From an uncultured Planctomycetaceae bacterium (GTDB lineage: Bacteria > Planctomycetota > Planctomycetia > Isosphaerales > Isosphaeraceae): a stretch of DNA of 64,000 nt. The translations under genes and the position numbers were made by a program. The notes below the pieces were generated by a model. It was not told where the DNA came from and ran no database searches. It worked only from the letters and a program-made list of their open reading frames with translations. This document shows, one piece after another, positions 30,085 through 41,100 of this stretch. The DNA is taken from NCBI GenBank assembly GCA_963833985.1, contig CAWIAD010000001.1:160001-224000 (forward strand), given 5' to 3'. How positions within the stretch are numbered: position 1 is the stretch's first letter; each line of letters begins with the position of its first letter.

Positions 30085-31082
30085 TTACCTATGGCCGGAG
30101 ACACTCGCCTCGCCGAGCAAGTGTCTGGCGAAGAAGGCGACGAGGTCGCCGCGCATGGCGTCCTCGGCGCGCTCCTGGCCGCGATAATCATTGTTATGGC
30201 GGAGGATGCACTCCACGCCCAGAGGATCAAGACGGGCCTTCAGTGCGGCACCAAACCGGGGGTGGTGAATGCCCTCACCGGCCCTGGCGGACGCCGGCAG
30301 CGGAGCGTTTGGCTCCGAGTAAAAGAGGATCACCGGGGGATCGTCTGAGGACACGTGGTTCAGGGGCGAAGCGTCCTCGTAGAGCCGGTGCACGCGCGGG
30401 CTGGCGGCGTCGGCCTCCGAGGTGACGCCGAACAGTGACCGCAGGGCGATGTGCTCGTGCGCCCGGCCGCCGACCAGTTGCTCGATGAACCTCGGGTCGT
30501 ACGATGTTTGCGCCCGACCGTTCCCATGCAGGACAGCCGTGACGATTGGCGGAGGATTGGATCGGCATTGCCGGGGTCCGCCAGATCGTCATGGAACCCG
30601 ACCCAGAGGGCGATCCCGGCACCGGCTGAGTTGCCGCATGCGGCGATCCGCCTGGGATCGATGCCCAGTTCCCTCGCATGAAGCCGCAGGTACTGGATCG
30701 CCCGGGCACCGTCGAGCATCGGCGCCGGGAATGGCGACCTGGTGGAAAGCCGGTAGTTGGCCGAGGCCACGGAAATGCCCTGGGCCAGGCACCGCTCCAC
30801 GAGCCAGGCGGGGACTGAGCCCTTATCGCCGCCGACGAATCCACCGCCGTGGAAGAAGAGGACCAGGGGAGCATCCGACCCTGGGCCGACCGGCTCGCGG
30901 GTTTGCCACAAATCGATCGTGTTCCGTTCAAACGGTCCATACCGGAGATCTGCCCTGGTTGGCCTCGGCTTCCGGAAGTCGATGTGCTTCCACACCTGGG
31001 CCCCTCCCTGGACCGATGCCAGGACCACAGCCGCAAATGCCATCAGCGTGAACAATTGACGCGAGCGCGGACGCCAGATCAT
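30085..31082 (-). CDS. Alpha/beta hydrolase (HSL-like esterase), frameshift at ~30514
   Basis: HGGGF, GNSAG nucleophile elbow, DASP...DDPP, IHH; adding one G restores VGAQTSYDPRFIE. Confidence 0.85.
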
Positions 31083-31346
31083 CAGAGCTCCTCAGCGGGT
31101 CCTCAATTCCTTTCACGATACGGAACTGATATCCCAAAGTTTGCGCACGCCGCCCTGAACGTCAACACCCGATCACCGTTCCAGTGCCGTCCACGTCCTT
31201 GCCTCCATGAGAACCCGCAAACTTCTCCGGGTCCCTTTCCTTTATCTTCTTGACTTGTCCGGAAGCCGTGGTTACCTGTATAGCCGTTCAATATGCGAGC
31301 CATGAGATCGCCTGATTGACGCGGGCGGGCGGACAGGAGCGTGGCC

Positions 31347-33956
31347 ATGGGTAGGGATGTCGACACTGCCGGCGAACTGCTGCTCGGCTTGCTGGCGTTC
31401 CGCCGGAGTCTCGCGGACGGATCTCAGCTCATCGCCGCGATCGACGAGTGGCTTGCAAGCGGCACGCGGAACCTGGGCGATATCCTGATGGAGCAGGGAG
31501 TGCTGGATTCCGCCGAGCGCTCACTGCTGGAGGGCCAGGCACAGGCGCTCGTGGCGGCGAGAGCCGCTCGCGGCGATGAGTCGCTCACGGTGGCTTATCA
31601 GCCGCGCGGCTCCGCGGGACATCGGCCGGCAGAGGCCGGAGATCCCGGATCCTCCGGGGGCGCGGTGGCCGGAGCCGTCCCGCCCTTCCGGATCCTCCGG
31701 CCGCATGCGCGGGGCGGGCTGGGCGAGGTCTTCCTGGCCGAAGATCCGCAATTGAAGCGACTGGTGGCGCTCAAGACGCTTCCATCGGATCATGCGCCTG
31801 ATCCGGTCAGCCAGGCTCGCCTGGTCCTCGAGGCGGAGACGACCGGGCAGCTCGAGCATCCCGGCATTGTTCCCGTCCACGCCCTGGGGCGTGACGAGCG
31901 CGGTCAACCTTATTACGTGATGCGGTTCATCCAGGGAGAGACGCTCAAGGCGGCGGTCGCGCGGTTTCACGGTCCCGAGGGGAAGCGGCTGGCCCCGCGA
32001 CAGCGCGAGGTGGCGTTTTTCAGGCTCTTGCAAAGCCTCATCACGGCGTGCAACGCCGTTGCCTACGCGCACAGCCGGGGGGTGGTTCATCGTGATCTGA
32101 AGCCCGAGAACATCATGCTCGGTCCTTTCGGAGAGACGCTGGTTGTGGACTGGGGAATTGCGAAGGTTCAGCCGGAGCCGACGGCCCGCACCCCCGGCCC
32201 GGAGCAAACTGCCTCGGGGCGTGGGGACCTGTCACTGACCCACCCCGGCGCGGCCGTGGGTACACCGCGGTACATGAGTCCGGAGCAGGCCGCGGGCAAC
32301 CTGGAGCAAGTGGGCGTGGCCAGCGACGTCTACGGTCTCGGGGCCACGCTGTACTGCCTGCTCGTGGGTCATGCCCCGTTCCCGCAAGACGATATGGACG
32401 AGGTGCTCGACCATGTCCGGCGCGGTATCTTTCCGGCGCCGCGCAGGCTGCGCCGCGATATCGACCCGGCGCTTGAGAGCATCTGCCTGAAGGCCATGGC
32501 ATTACGGCCGGATGAGCGATTCGCGTCCGCGCTCGACCTGGGCGGTGAGATCGAGGGATGGCTGGCCGACGTCCGATACCGCGGCGAACAGGCGCGCGCC
32601 GTCGGCGAGGTGAAGGCATCGCTCTGCCGCCTTTGCATCGAGCGTGCGCACAACTTGTTCGGCCGTGACCGGCACGATCACGCCATGCTCTGGCTGGCGC
32701 GTGCCCTGGAGAACCTGCCGGCGCATGAGCCGGCCCTGGAGCGCATGGTCCGGGCGAGCCTCGGCTCCTGGCACGCCCGCGACAGGCTGCTGGAACGGTC
32801 GGTCCAGCACGGCGCGGCGTTGCACCAGGTGGCGTTCAGCCCGGACGGCCGCCTTGTGGCGACGGCCGGCGCGGACAAGGCTGCCAGGCTCTGGGACGTG
32901 GCCACCGGCGACTCTCTTGCCTCCTCCCTGTTGCACGACGCCCCGCTGGTCATGCTGGCATTCAGCCCCAGGGGAAGTCTGCTCGCGACGGCCGGAGCCG
33001 ATGGCACGCTCCGGCTCTGGAATGCCGTGACGGGCAAGCCGATCGTCGGGCCGATCGCGCTGGGTGCGCCGCTTTCAGCCCTGGGTTTCACGCCCGACGG
33101 ATCAAGGATCGCAACGGTGGCAGAGGGCCTCTCGCCGGGCATCTGGGACACGGCAACCGGTGAGCCGGTCCTGCAACCCTTACCCAGCCGGACTCAGGTG
33201 CTCGCGCTGGCCTGCCAACCCGACGGTGCAGCGCTTGCCACCGCCCACGCCGATGGCAAGATCCGCTTCTGGAACACGATCGAAGGCGCGCGCATCGAAC
33301 CAGGGCTTGAGCACGAGTCGCCTGCGGCTTCGCTGGCATACCATCCCGAAGGGTCCGGACTGCTCACGGTTTGCCTGGACGGCAAGGCCCGGCTCTGGGA
33401 TCTCGCCTCGCGGACCGTCACGCGCGAGCTGGCTTTGCCCGCAGCGGTTCGCATGGCCACCTGGGGAAGCTCGGGGCGCATCATTGCAACCGTCTCCGTC
33501 GACGGCACGGCCCGTCTCTGGAGGTCCCACGACGGCCAGCCTATCGGTGAAACGTTGACCCATGACGCGGCCATCGAGTGTCTCTGTTTCAGCCGTGACG
33601 GCACGCTTCTGGCAACGGGCAGCCGCGACCGATCCGCACAGCTCTGGGACACCGCGACCGGCCTGGCCATCGGCCCGCCCATGGCCCATCGGGGCCCGGT
33701 CCACGCGCTGGCGTTCAGTCCGGATGACCGTCGCCTGGCCACGGGCTCGGCCGATGGATCATGCCGCTTCTGGCGGGCCGCGCCACAGCTTCCCGGCGAC
33801 GCGGAGCGCATCGCCTGCTGGGTTCGGGTGACCACGGAACTGGACTTCGATGCCGGCGACGCCATCATCAAGCTTGACGGGCTGCTGGGATGGGAGCTGC
33901 GCCGGCGACTGCACGAGCTGGGCGGACCGCCTCCGAGAAAGCTCGAACGCTGGTGA
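31347..33956 (+). CDS. Ser/Thr protein kinase with WD40 repeats
   Basis: HARGGLGEV, HRDLKPEN, DWGIAK, GTPRYMSPE; repeated AFSPDG..ATA..D..ARLWD. Confidence 0.93.
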   Translation: MGRDVDTAGELLLGLLAFRRSLADGSQLIAAIDEWLASGTRNLGDILMEQGVLDSAERSLLEGQAQALVAARAARGDESLTVAYQPRGSAGHRPAEAGDPGSSGGAVAGAVPPFRILRPHARGGLGEVFLAEDPQLKRLVALKTLPSDHAPDPVSQARLVLEAETTGQLEHPGIVPVHALGRDERGQPYYVMRFIQGETLKAAVARFHGPEGKRLAPRQREVAFFRLLQSLITACNAVAYAHSRGVVHRDLKPENIMLGPFGETLVVDWGIAKVQPEPTARTPGPEQTASGRGDLSLTHPGAAVGTPRYMSPEQAAGNLEQVGVASDVYGLGATLYCLLVGHAPFPQDDMDEVLDHVRRGIFPAPRRLRRDIDPALESICLKAMALRPDERFASALDLGGEIEGWLADVRYRGEQARAVGEVKASLCRLCIERAHNLFGRDRHDHAMLWLARALENLPAHEPALERMVRASLGSWHARDRLLERSVQHGAALHQVAFSPDGRLVATAGADKAARLWDVATGDSLASSLLHDAPLVMLAFSPRGSLLATAGADGTLRLWNAVTGKPIVGPIALGAPLSALGFTPDGSRIATVAEGLSPGIWDTATGEPVLQPLPSRTQVLALACQPDGAALATAHADGKIRFWNTIEGARIEPGLEHESPAASLAYHPEGSGLLTVCLDGKARLWDLASRTVTRELALPAAVRMATWGSSGRIIATVSVDGTARLWRSHDGQPIGETLTHDAAIECLCFSRDGTLLATGSRDRSAQLWDTATGLAIGPPMAHRGPVHALAFSPDDRRLATGSADGSCRFWRAAPQLPGDAERIACWVRVTTELDFDAGDAIIKLDGLLGWELRRRLHELGGPPPRKLERW

Positions 33957-33985
33957 GATGACTGCGCGTCCTCGACCGCGGGCGC

Positions 33986-34786
33986 TCACGAGCCAACCGG
34001 GCTGTCTCCCGGATCGGGCCGGGGGGCGATACCTCCGCCCGTCTTGCCGCCCGTTGCGCGGCGGTTCGCGATGGCACCGCCCACCGCACCTCCGGATGGG
34101 CCGGAATAAGTCGTGGTCTCGTCGTCGTCCTCCTCCAGCTCCTGGTCGAAGCTGCCACTGCCGGCGGCCTCTTCCAGTCCGGCCTCATCAGGATCGCCCT
34201 CGCCCAGGTTGGTGCCGGCCAGCCCGCCGATCGCCGTGCCTCCACCAGCGGTCCCCGCGGCGTGCCTGTCCGCTTCACGAACCCGCTCCGCCTCCAGGTC
34301 GGTGAAGGGATGTTCCAGGTCGTCGCCACCGGCCGTAGAGGCACCGGCGGGACCATGGCGGCGATCGAGGCCGCCGAATCCCGCTTCGGGCCGGCCCGCG
34401 TTCAGGTCGGCCGGCGCCCCATCGCCAACCTCGGCCGAGCACGAGGTGCAATCGCGCGTGTACGGCAACACCTCCAGCCTCTCCTGCAAGATCGCTGTTC
34501 CGCACCGTTCACAGGTGCCGTAGGCGCCGCGATCCAGGCGGCCAAGCGCATCCCGGATCTCCATCCGGATGGCCTCCTCGTTCTCGAACAACGTCGCGTT
34601 CAACTCCTGGAGGTATTGCTCGGTCCCCAGGTCCGCAAGGTGCAGCGGCGCGTTCGACAGCGAGCCGCCTGCCTCCCCGCCCAGCCCCGTGCGGGCTTGC
34701 TCTTCCAGGCTCTGGATGTCACCGCTGACGCGCCTGTCCATGGCTTCAAGGATCCGTCGAAACTTCTCGAGTCGTGCTTTGGTCAT
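33986..34786 (-). CDS. TraR/DksA C4 zinc-finger family protein with acidic Gly-rich tail
   Basis: Coiled coil, HLADLG, ALGRL..G.YG.CERC...ERLEVLP....CTSC. Confidence 0.85.
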   Translation of the reverse strand: MTKARLEKFRRILEAMDRRVSGDIQSLEEQARTGLGGEAGGSLSNAPLHLADLGTEQYLQELNATLFENEEAIRMEIRDALGRLDRGAYGTCERCGTAILQERLEVLPYTRDCTSCSAEVGDGAPADLNAGRPEAGFGGLDRRHGPAGASTAGGDDLEHPFTDLEAERVREADRHAAGTAGGGTAIGGLAGTNLGEGDPDEAGLEEAAGSGSFDQELEEDDDETTTYSGPSGGAVGGAIANRRATGGKTGGGIAPRPDPGDSPVGS

Positions 34787-35118
34787 GGCCCCGGTCGCCT
34801 CGTTGGGATGTTCACTCAGTGTGCGGGTTCACGCCGGTCTTTTTCCATCTTCTCGCACGTGACGTGCCGCGCGGTTCGCGGTGGCGCTGAAAGCACGAGC
34901 CGGCGGCATGCTGGTGGAGTCCTGGCGACAGATTGCCGCAAAGGGTCCGCCCGCGGCTGCGAAAGTTCACCACCGCGACGGCGCTGTTCTATGGTCCTCG
35001 TAGGCAAGGAACGATGCGGAGGGACCCGACACGACCCCGGCGATTGCATGCATTTAACGGGAACCAGGGAGACTCGGCCGAGGGCTCCAGCCGGTTCCAC
35101 GACAAGGCGGCTGGCATC

Positions 35119-38100
35119 ATGTCTCGAACACGCATTGCAGGATCCACTGCCAGGACCACACCACAAGCCAATCCACGCAAGCGGCATCTCCCGCTGCCGG
35201 TTCCTTCCCGAAGACTGCGGCCCTTGCTCGAGAGTCTCGAAAGCCGGCAATTGCTCTCCACGTACACCGTGATCAACACCAACGACTCGGGCGCGGGCAG
35301 CCTCCGGCAGGCGATCATCAATGCCAACAAGGACTCGACTCCCGACGACATCGTGTTCAACATTCCCGCCTCGACGGCTCCCTTGCTCAATCAGCCGGTT
35401 CCCGGTTTCGATCCGGTGACGCAGACCTGGACCATCAACCTGCAAACCCCGCTCCCGGTGATCAGCAACACCGTGTCCATCGACGGCTACACCGAGGCCC
35501 ATGGCGGGGGCGTCCCGTATCGCTACCCCAACGCCGTCTGCTCCTCCGCGCAGAGCGTGGCGATCACGGGGAGCCCGACGGGTGGAACATTCACCCTGTC
35601 GACCTCCGCACCGTTGCCGGTGGGTACGACGGCTCCGATTCCCTACGATGCGACGGCGGCGACCGTGCAGGCGGCCCTCGGGGCCATCGTCGGCGTGAAC
35701 AACATCGCGGTCACGGGAGGTCCAGCACCCGCGACCGGCCTGACGATCACGTTCCAGCACGTGTATGCCGGGATGAACATCCCCAACCTGGGGGCCGATG
35801 GCACGGGATTGACGGGTGGCACCACCCCGGGCGTGCTGGTCGCGTCATTCGTCCAGGGAGGCACCGCGATCGCCGACCCGGTCTACATACATTCCTTACC
35901 GAACACGACCCCTGCCCTTCAGGGCAACAACGCCCAGGAGCGCGTGATCATCGACGGCAGCCAGGTTCCCATCTCCAACACCGATATCGGTTTCGCACTG
36001 GACGCCTCGCACTCGCTGCTCCGCGGCCTGATCATCACAGGCTTCGACGTCGGCGTCTCCGTTTTTGCCCTCGACACCTCGAACAACCCCGTCGTCGGCG
36101 ACCTGATCCAGGGCAACTCGATCGGCGATTACTTCCTCTATCTGGTGGACGCCAACACCGGCTCTCCGCTCCCCTCGCCGGGAAACGTCGCTTTCACCAG
36201 TGGCGGGGGCAACGCCCAGCAGGGGGTGATCCTCAATTCGCAGAATGCGACCGTCGGCGGCAGCAACCCGCAGGAAAACAATATCATTTGCGGCAATGGT
36301 GCTCAGGGCATTCTGGTGCAGCCGGGCGCCTCGGGCAACCAGATCCTGGGCAACCAGATCGGCATGGCCGGTCCGTCGACCAACGGCCTCTACTCGCAGG
36401 ACGGCAACGGCCTGGAAGGCGTCCTGATCGAGTCGTCGGGGACACCGTCCAATCCGCTGAGCATCGTCTACGCGTCGAGCAACTTTGTGGGGTCGGCAAC
36501 GGGCGGTAATGTGATCTCGGGCAACGGCGCCGCGGGCGTACGAATGGTGGGCGTGGGTGCGATCCGCAACCTGGTCCAGGGGAACTACATTGGAGTCGCT
36601 CCTGGGGGCGGTTACCTGTTCGGCACGGGCGACCCGGGCAACCTCGGCGACGGCGTGCGCCTCGAGGATGCCTCCCAGAACCAGATCGGCGGCACGACCG
36701 CCGCGCTTGGCAACACGATCGATTCGAACCATGGGGCCGGGATCGACTTCCTGGGGCTGGCGACGAACAACGTCGCCGCCAACAACATGATCGGGGTCAC
36801 GGCCGCGGGAGCCCAGGTGCTGGGCAACTGGTCGGACGGCGTCTCGGTCTACTCGCCCAGCAACACCATCGGACCGGGCAACGTGATCTCGCAGAACAAC
36901 CGGGGCATCGGCATCTATGGGCCCCTGGCCGCAACTCCCGGAACCGCCACGAACATCCTGGTGGACGACAACCTGATCGGCACCGACGCCACCGGCCAGC
37001 AGGGCTTCGGCAACGCCTACGAGGGCATACGCGTCGACAACTCGGCGGGCAACACGATCCAGGGGAATGCCGGCGGCTCGCAGACCATCTCCGGCAACCA
37101 GGTGGGCGTGGCGCTCGTTGGCACCGGCTCGTCCGGCAACCTGTTGCAAGGCAACTTCATCGGCTCCGACAACACGGGAACCAGGGACCTGGGCAACAAG
37201 AACGAGGGGATCCTGGTTGCGGGCGCTGGCGACAACACCATCGGCGGCACCGCGGCCACCAGCCGCAACCTGATCTCGGCCAACCACTGGGGCGTCCGGC
37301 TGGATGGATTGACCGCCATCGGGAACATCATCGAGGGGAACTACATTGGCTCGGACGCCTCGGGGCAGACGCGCCTGGGCAACGAGCTCGATGGCGTGAT
37401 CATCAGCAATTCGGCGAATCAAAACATGATCGGCGGCATGACCGCCGGCCTAGGCAACACCATTGCCTTCCAGGTGATGTCCGGGGTACTGGTCGAGTCC
37501 GGAACCGGAAACTCCATCCTCTCGAACAGCATCTTCAGCAACGGCATGCTGGGCATCAACCTGGTGGCTCCAGCCGACCCGCCCAGCGGCGTGACGTCCA
37601 ACGCCCCGGGCGTACGCTCGGGTCCCAACAACTTGCAGAACTACCCCGTGCTCACGGCGGTCACCTCGAATGGCTCGGTCACGCACATCACGGGCACGCT
37701 GAGCAGCCTGCCGGACACCACGTTTCTCTTGCAGTTCTTCACCAATCCCGCGCCGGACCCCAGCGGCTACGGCCAGGGAGAGACGGCATTCGGCTCGATG
37801 CAGGTGATCACCGACGGCAACGGCAACGCCACCATCAATCTCACCGTGGCGTCCGTGTTCCCGACCGGATCGATCGTCTCGGCGACCGCGACCAACCTGG
37901 CGACCGGCGATACCTCGGAGTTCGCCCAGGACGTCGCGCAGTCGTCGGTGTTCCAGTTCACGCAGGCGCTCTACGTGACCAGCGAAGCCAGCGGTTGGGC
38001 GGTGATCACGGTGTCACGCTCATTGACCGCGCAGGCAGCCTCCGTGACCTGTGCCACGGTCGCCGGAGGGACTGCCGTTCCGGGTTCCGATTACGTGCCT

Positions 38101-41100
38101 GTCACCACGACCCTCACCTTCCCGGCCGGCGCGAGCAGTGAAACCTTCAGCGTTCAGATTCTCGACCCGCACCTGGTCGGGGGTTCGCGCACGGTGAACC
38201 TGGCCCTGTCCAATCCCCAGCCGGCCGCGACCAACACCCTTGATTTCCAGCAGACGGCTGTGCTCCAGATCAACGACAACGATACAGGTTCCTCCGCGCA
38301 GTTCATCGTGACCAATACGAACGATCAGGGCCCGGGCTCGCTGCGTCAGGCCATCCTGAATGCGAATGCCGCCTCGTCTCCCAGCACCATCCTCTTCGAC
38401 ATCCCGGCCGCGACCGACGCCCTGCTCTCCATCCCCGTGCCAGGGTTCGACCCCGTCACCCAGACCTGGAAGATCGCGCTGCAATCGGCCCTGCCCGTGA
38501 TCAACCAGACCGTGACGATCGACGGGTATTCCCAGGCGGAGGGGGGCGTCCCGTTCCGATATCCCTCCGAGATCACGTCGGCCATGCAGACCGTCGCGCT
38601 CACGGGGATCTTGAACGGGGGCACGTTCACGCTCAGCACGTCTGCACCGTTGCCGCAGGGAACGACCGGCCCGATCGCCTTCAATGCGTCCGACGCGCAG
38701 GTTCAGGCAGCGCTCTTTGCCATCCCGGGCATGGCGGGAAACGTGACCGTAATCGGCTCACCAGGCTTCTACTTCATCAACTTCCAGGGCGCTCTCGCGG
38801 GCCAGGCGATCCCCCGCCTGGCCGGCAATGCCAGTGGGCTGACAGGCACCAACCCAGGAATCCAGGTCGGCACCCTGGTGCAGGGAGGTTCAGCGCTCAG
38901 TGTTCCGACGATGATCACGTCCAGCGCGAACACAATGGCCGCCACGCAGGGCAATGATGCTCACATCCGGGTGATCGTCGACGGGAGTGCGACGGGCGGC
39001 GCGACGGGATTCGCGCTGAACGCGTCGCACAGCCGTATTGATGGACTCATCATCGACGGCTTCGGGATTGGAGTTTCGATTCCCAGCCCGGCCGACATGG
39101 GCAACCTGATCCAGGGGAGCTTCATCGGCAATTACATGCTCTACCCGGTCGACCCATCGACCGGTACAGCCCTGACTGGTCTGAACGGCTATGAGCTGGC
39201 GGGCCTGGGTAACGCGCAGCAAGGGATTTACATCGACGGCAGCAACACGATCATCGGCGGCACGAACCCCCAGGAAAACAACGTGATCGCCGGCAACTTG
39301 CAGCAGGGAATCTGGATTGATGCCGCGGGCACCGGCAACGTGGTCGAAGGCAACCAGATCGGCATGGTCGGTCCCAGCGACTTCGGGCGCTACTTCCAGG
39401 TTGGCAACGGCGCGGACGGCGTGCTCGTGGACGGCTCGAGCAACGCCATCGGCGGTTCCGGCAGCACAGCCGGGAACGTCATCTCGGGGAACTTTGGTGA
39501 CGGCGTGCATGTTCTTGGTCCGGCCGCCACCCGGACCGTCATCGCGGGGAACCTGATCGGCCTGGCGCCCGGTGGCGGCTACGCGCTGGGGACCGGCGAC
39601 CCCGGCAACCGCGGCGATGGCGTGCTCATCGAGAACTCCGCAAGCAACGTCATTGGCGGGCCAGGCTCGACCTGGGGCAACACCATCTCATCGAACTCCG
39701 GCGCGGGGATCCTGATCATCGGAGCGACCTCGAGCGGAAACTCCGTTCTCAACAACATCATCGGGCTTACCTCCGACGGCAAGGCCGAGAAGGGGAACCT
39801 CTCCGACGGCGTCGCCGTCCAGTCGCCCCAGAACACGATCGGCCCGGGCAATGTCATCTCCGGCAACTTGCGCGGGGTGAACATCTCCGGAGCCCAGGCC
39901 AGCGGGGTTGTGGTTGTCGGCAACCTGATTGGCACCGACGGCACCGGCGCGCTCAACCTCGGCAACGCCGCCCAGGGAGTGCTCATCCAGAGTGCGACCG
40001 ATGCGGTGATCGAAGGCGACGGCAACGGGTCGCAGGTCATTTCCGGCAATAACCAGGGCGTCGTCATCTCGGGGTCCTCATCCACGCGAAACCTGGTCGC
40101 GGGCAACCTGATTGGTACCGACAAGACGGGGCTGTACGCGATTCCGGACGCACAGGAGGGCGTGGCCATCCTCGGCGCGACCGGCAACACCATCGGCGGC
40201 ACCAGCGCGGCGGTGCGGAACGTGATTTCCTCGAACGGCTGGGGGGTGCGGCTCGATGGCAGCTCAGCCACGGGCAACCTGGTCCAGGGCAACTTCATTG
40301 GCACTGACATCACGGGCAAGGCACCCCTGGGCAACGAGGCCGATGGCGTGATCGTGAGCACGAACGCTTCGGCCAACACGATCGGCGGAACGGTCTCCGG
40401 GGCCGGCAATACGATCGCCGACAACGTCCTGGCCGGCGTGCTGGTGCAGTCGGGCACGGGCAATTCGATCCTCACCAACAGCATCGCTTCGAACGGTCAC
40501 CTGGGCATCAACCTGGCCGCTCCGAGCGACCCGCCCAGCGGCGTGACGTCCAACGCCCCGGGCGTACGCTCGGGTCCCAACAACTTGCAGAACTACCCGA
40601 TCCTGTCCACGGCCGTCGGCGGATCCATCAGCGGCTCCATCCAGGGAACGCTGAACAGCGTGCCCGGCACGTCGTTCCTGATCCAGTTCTTCACCAGCCC
40701 GGTCCCTGACCCTTCCGGTTATGGCCAGGGTCAGACGTCCATCGGCGCGACGACCGTCACCACGAATGCCAGCGGCAACGCCGCGCTCACGTTCAATCCG
40801 TCGAGCCCGATCCCCGTCAACAACTGGGTCACGGCCACGGCCACCAACCTCTCGACCGGCGATACTTCAGAATTCTCGAACGCGGTCTCGGCCCTGCCGA
40901 TCACCATGGAATTTCTCACGGCCACCCTCTCGGTCAACGTTTCGGCCGGAACCGCGCTCGTGCATGTGGAACGAACCGGCAATCCCAGCGCGGTGGTCTC
41001 GGTGAACTACGCCACCAGCAACGGCACGGCCGTGGCCGGGAAGGACTACACCGCGGCGTCGGGCACGCTCACGTTCCAGCCGGGCCAGACTGACAAGACC

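Noticed and set aside
37575..40598. Diversity-generating retroelement template/variable repeat pair
   Set aside because: The copies are identical rather than adenine-mutated, and no reverse transcriptase is present.
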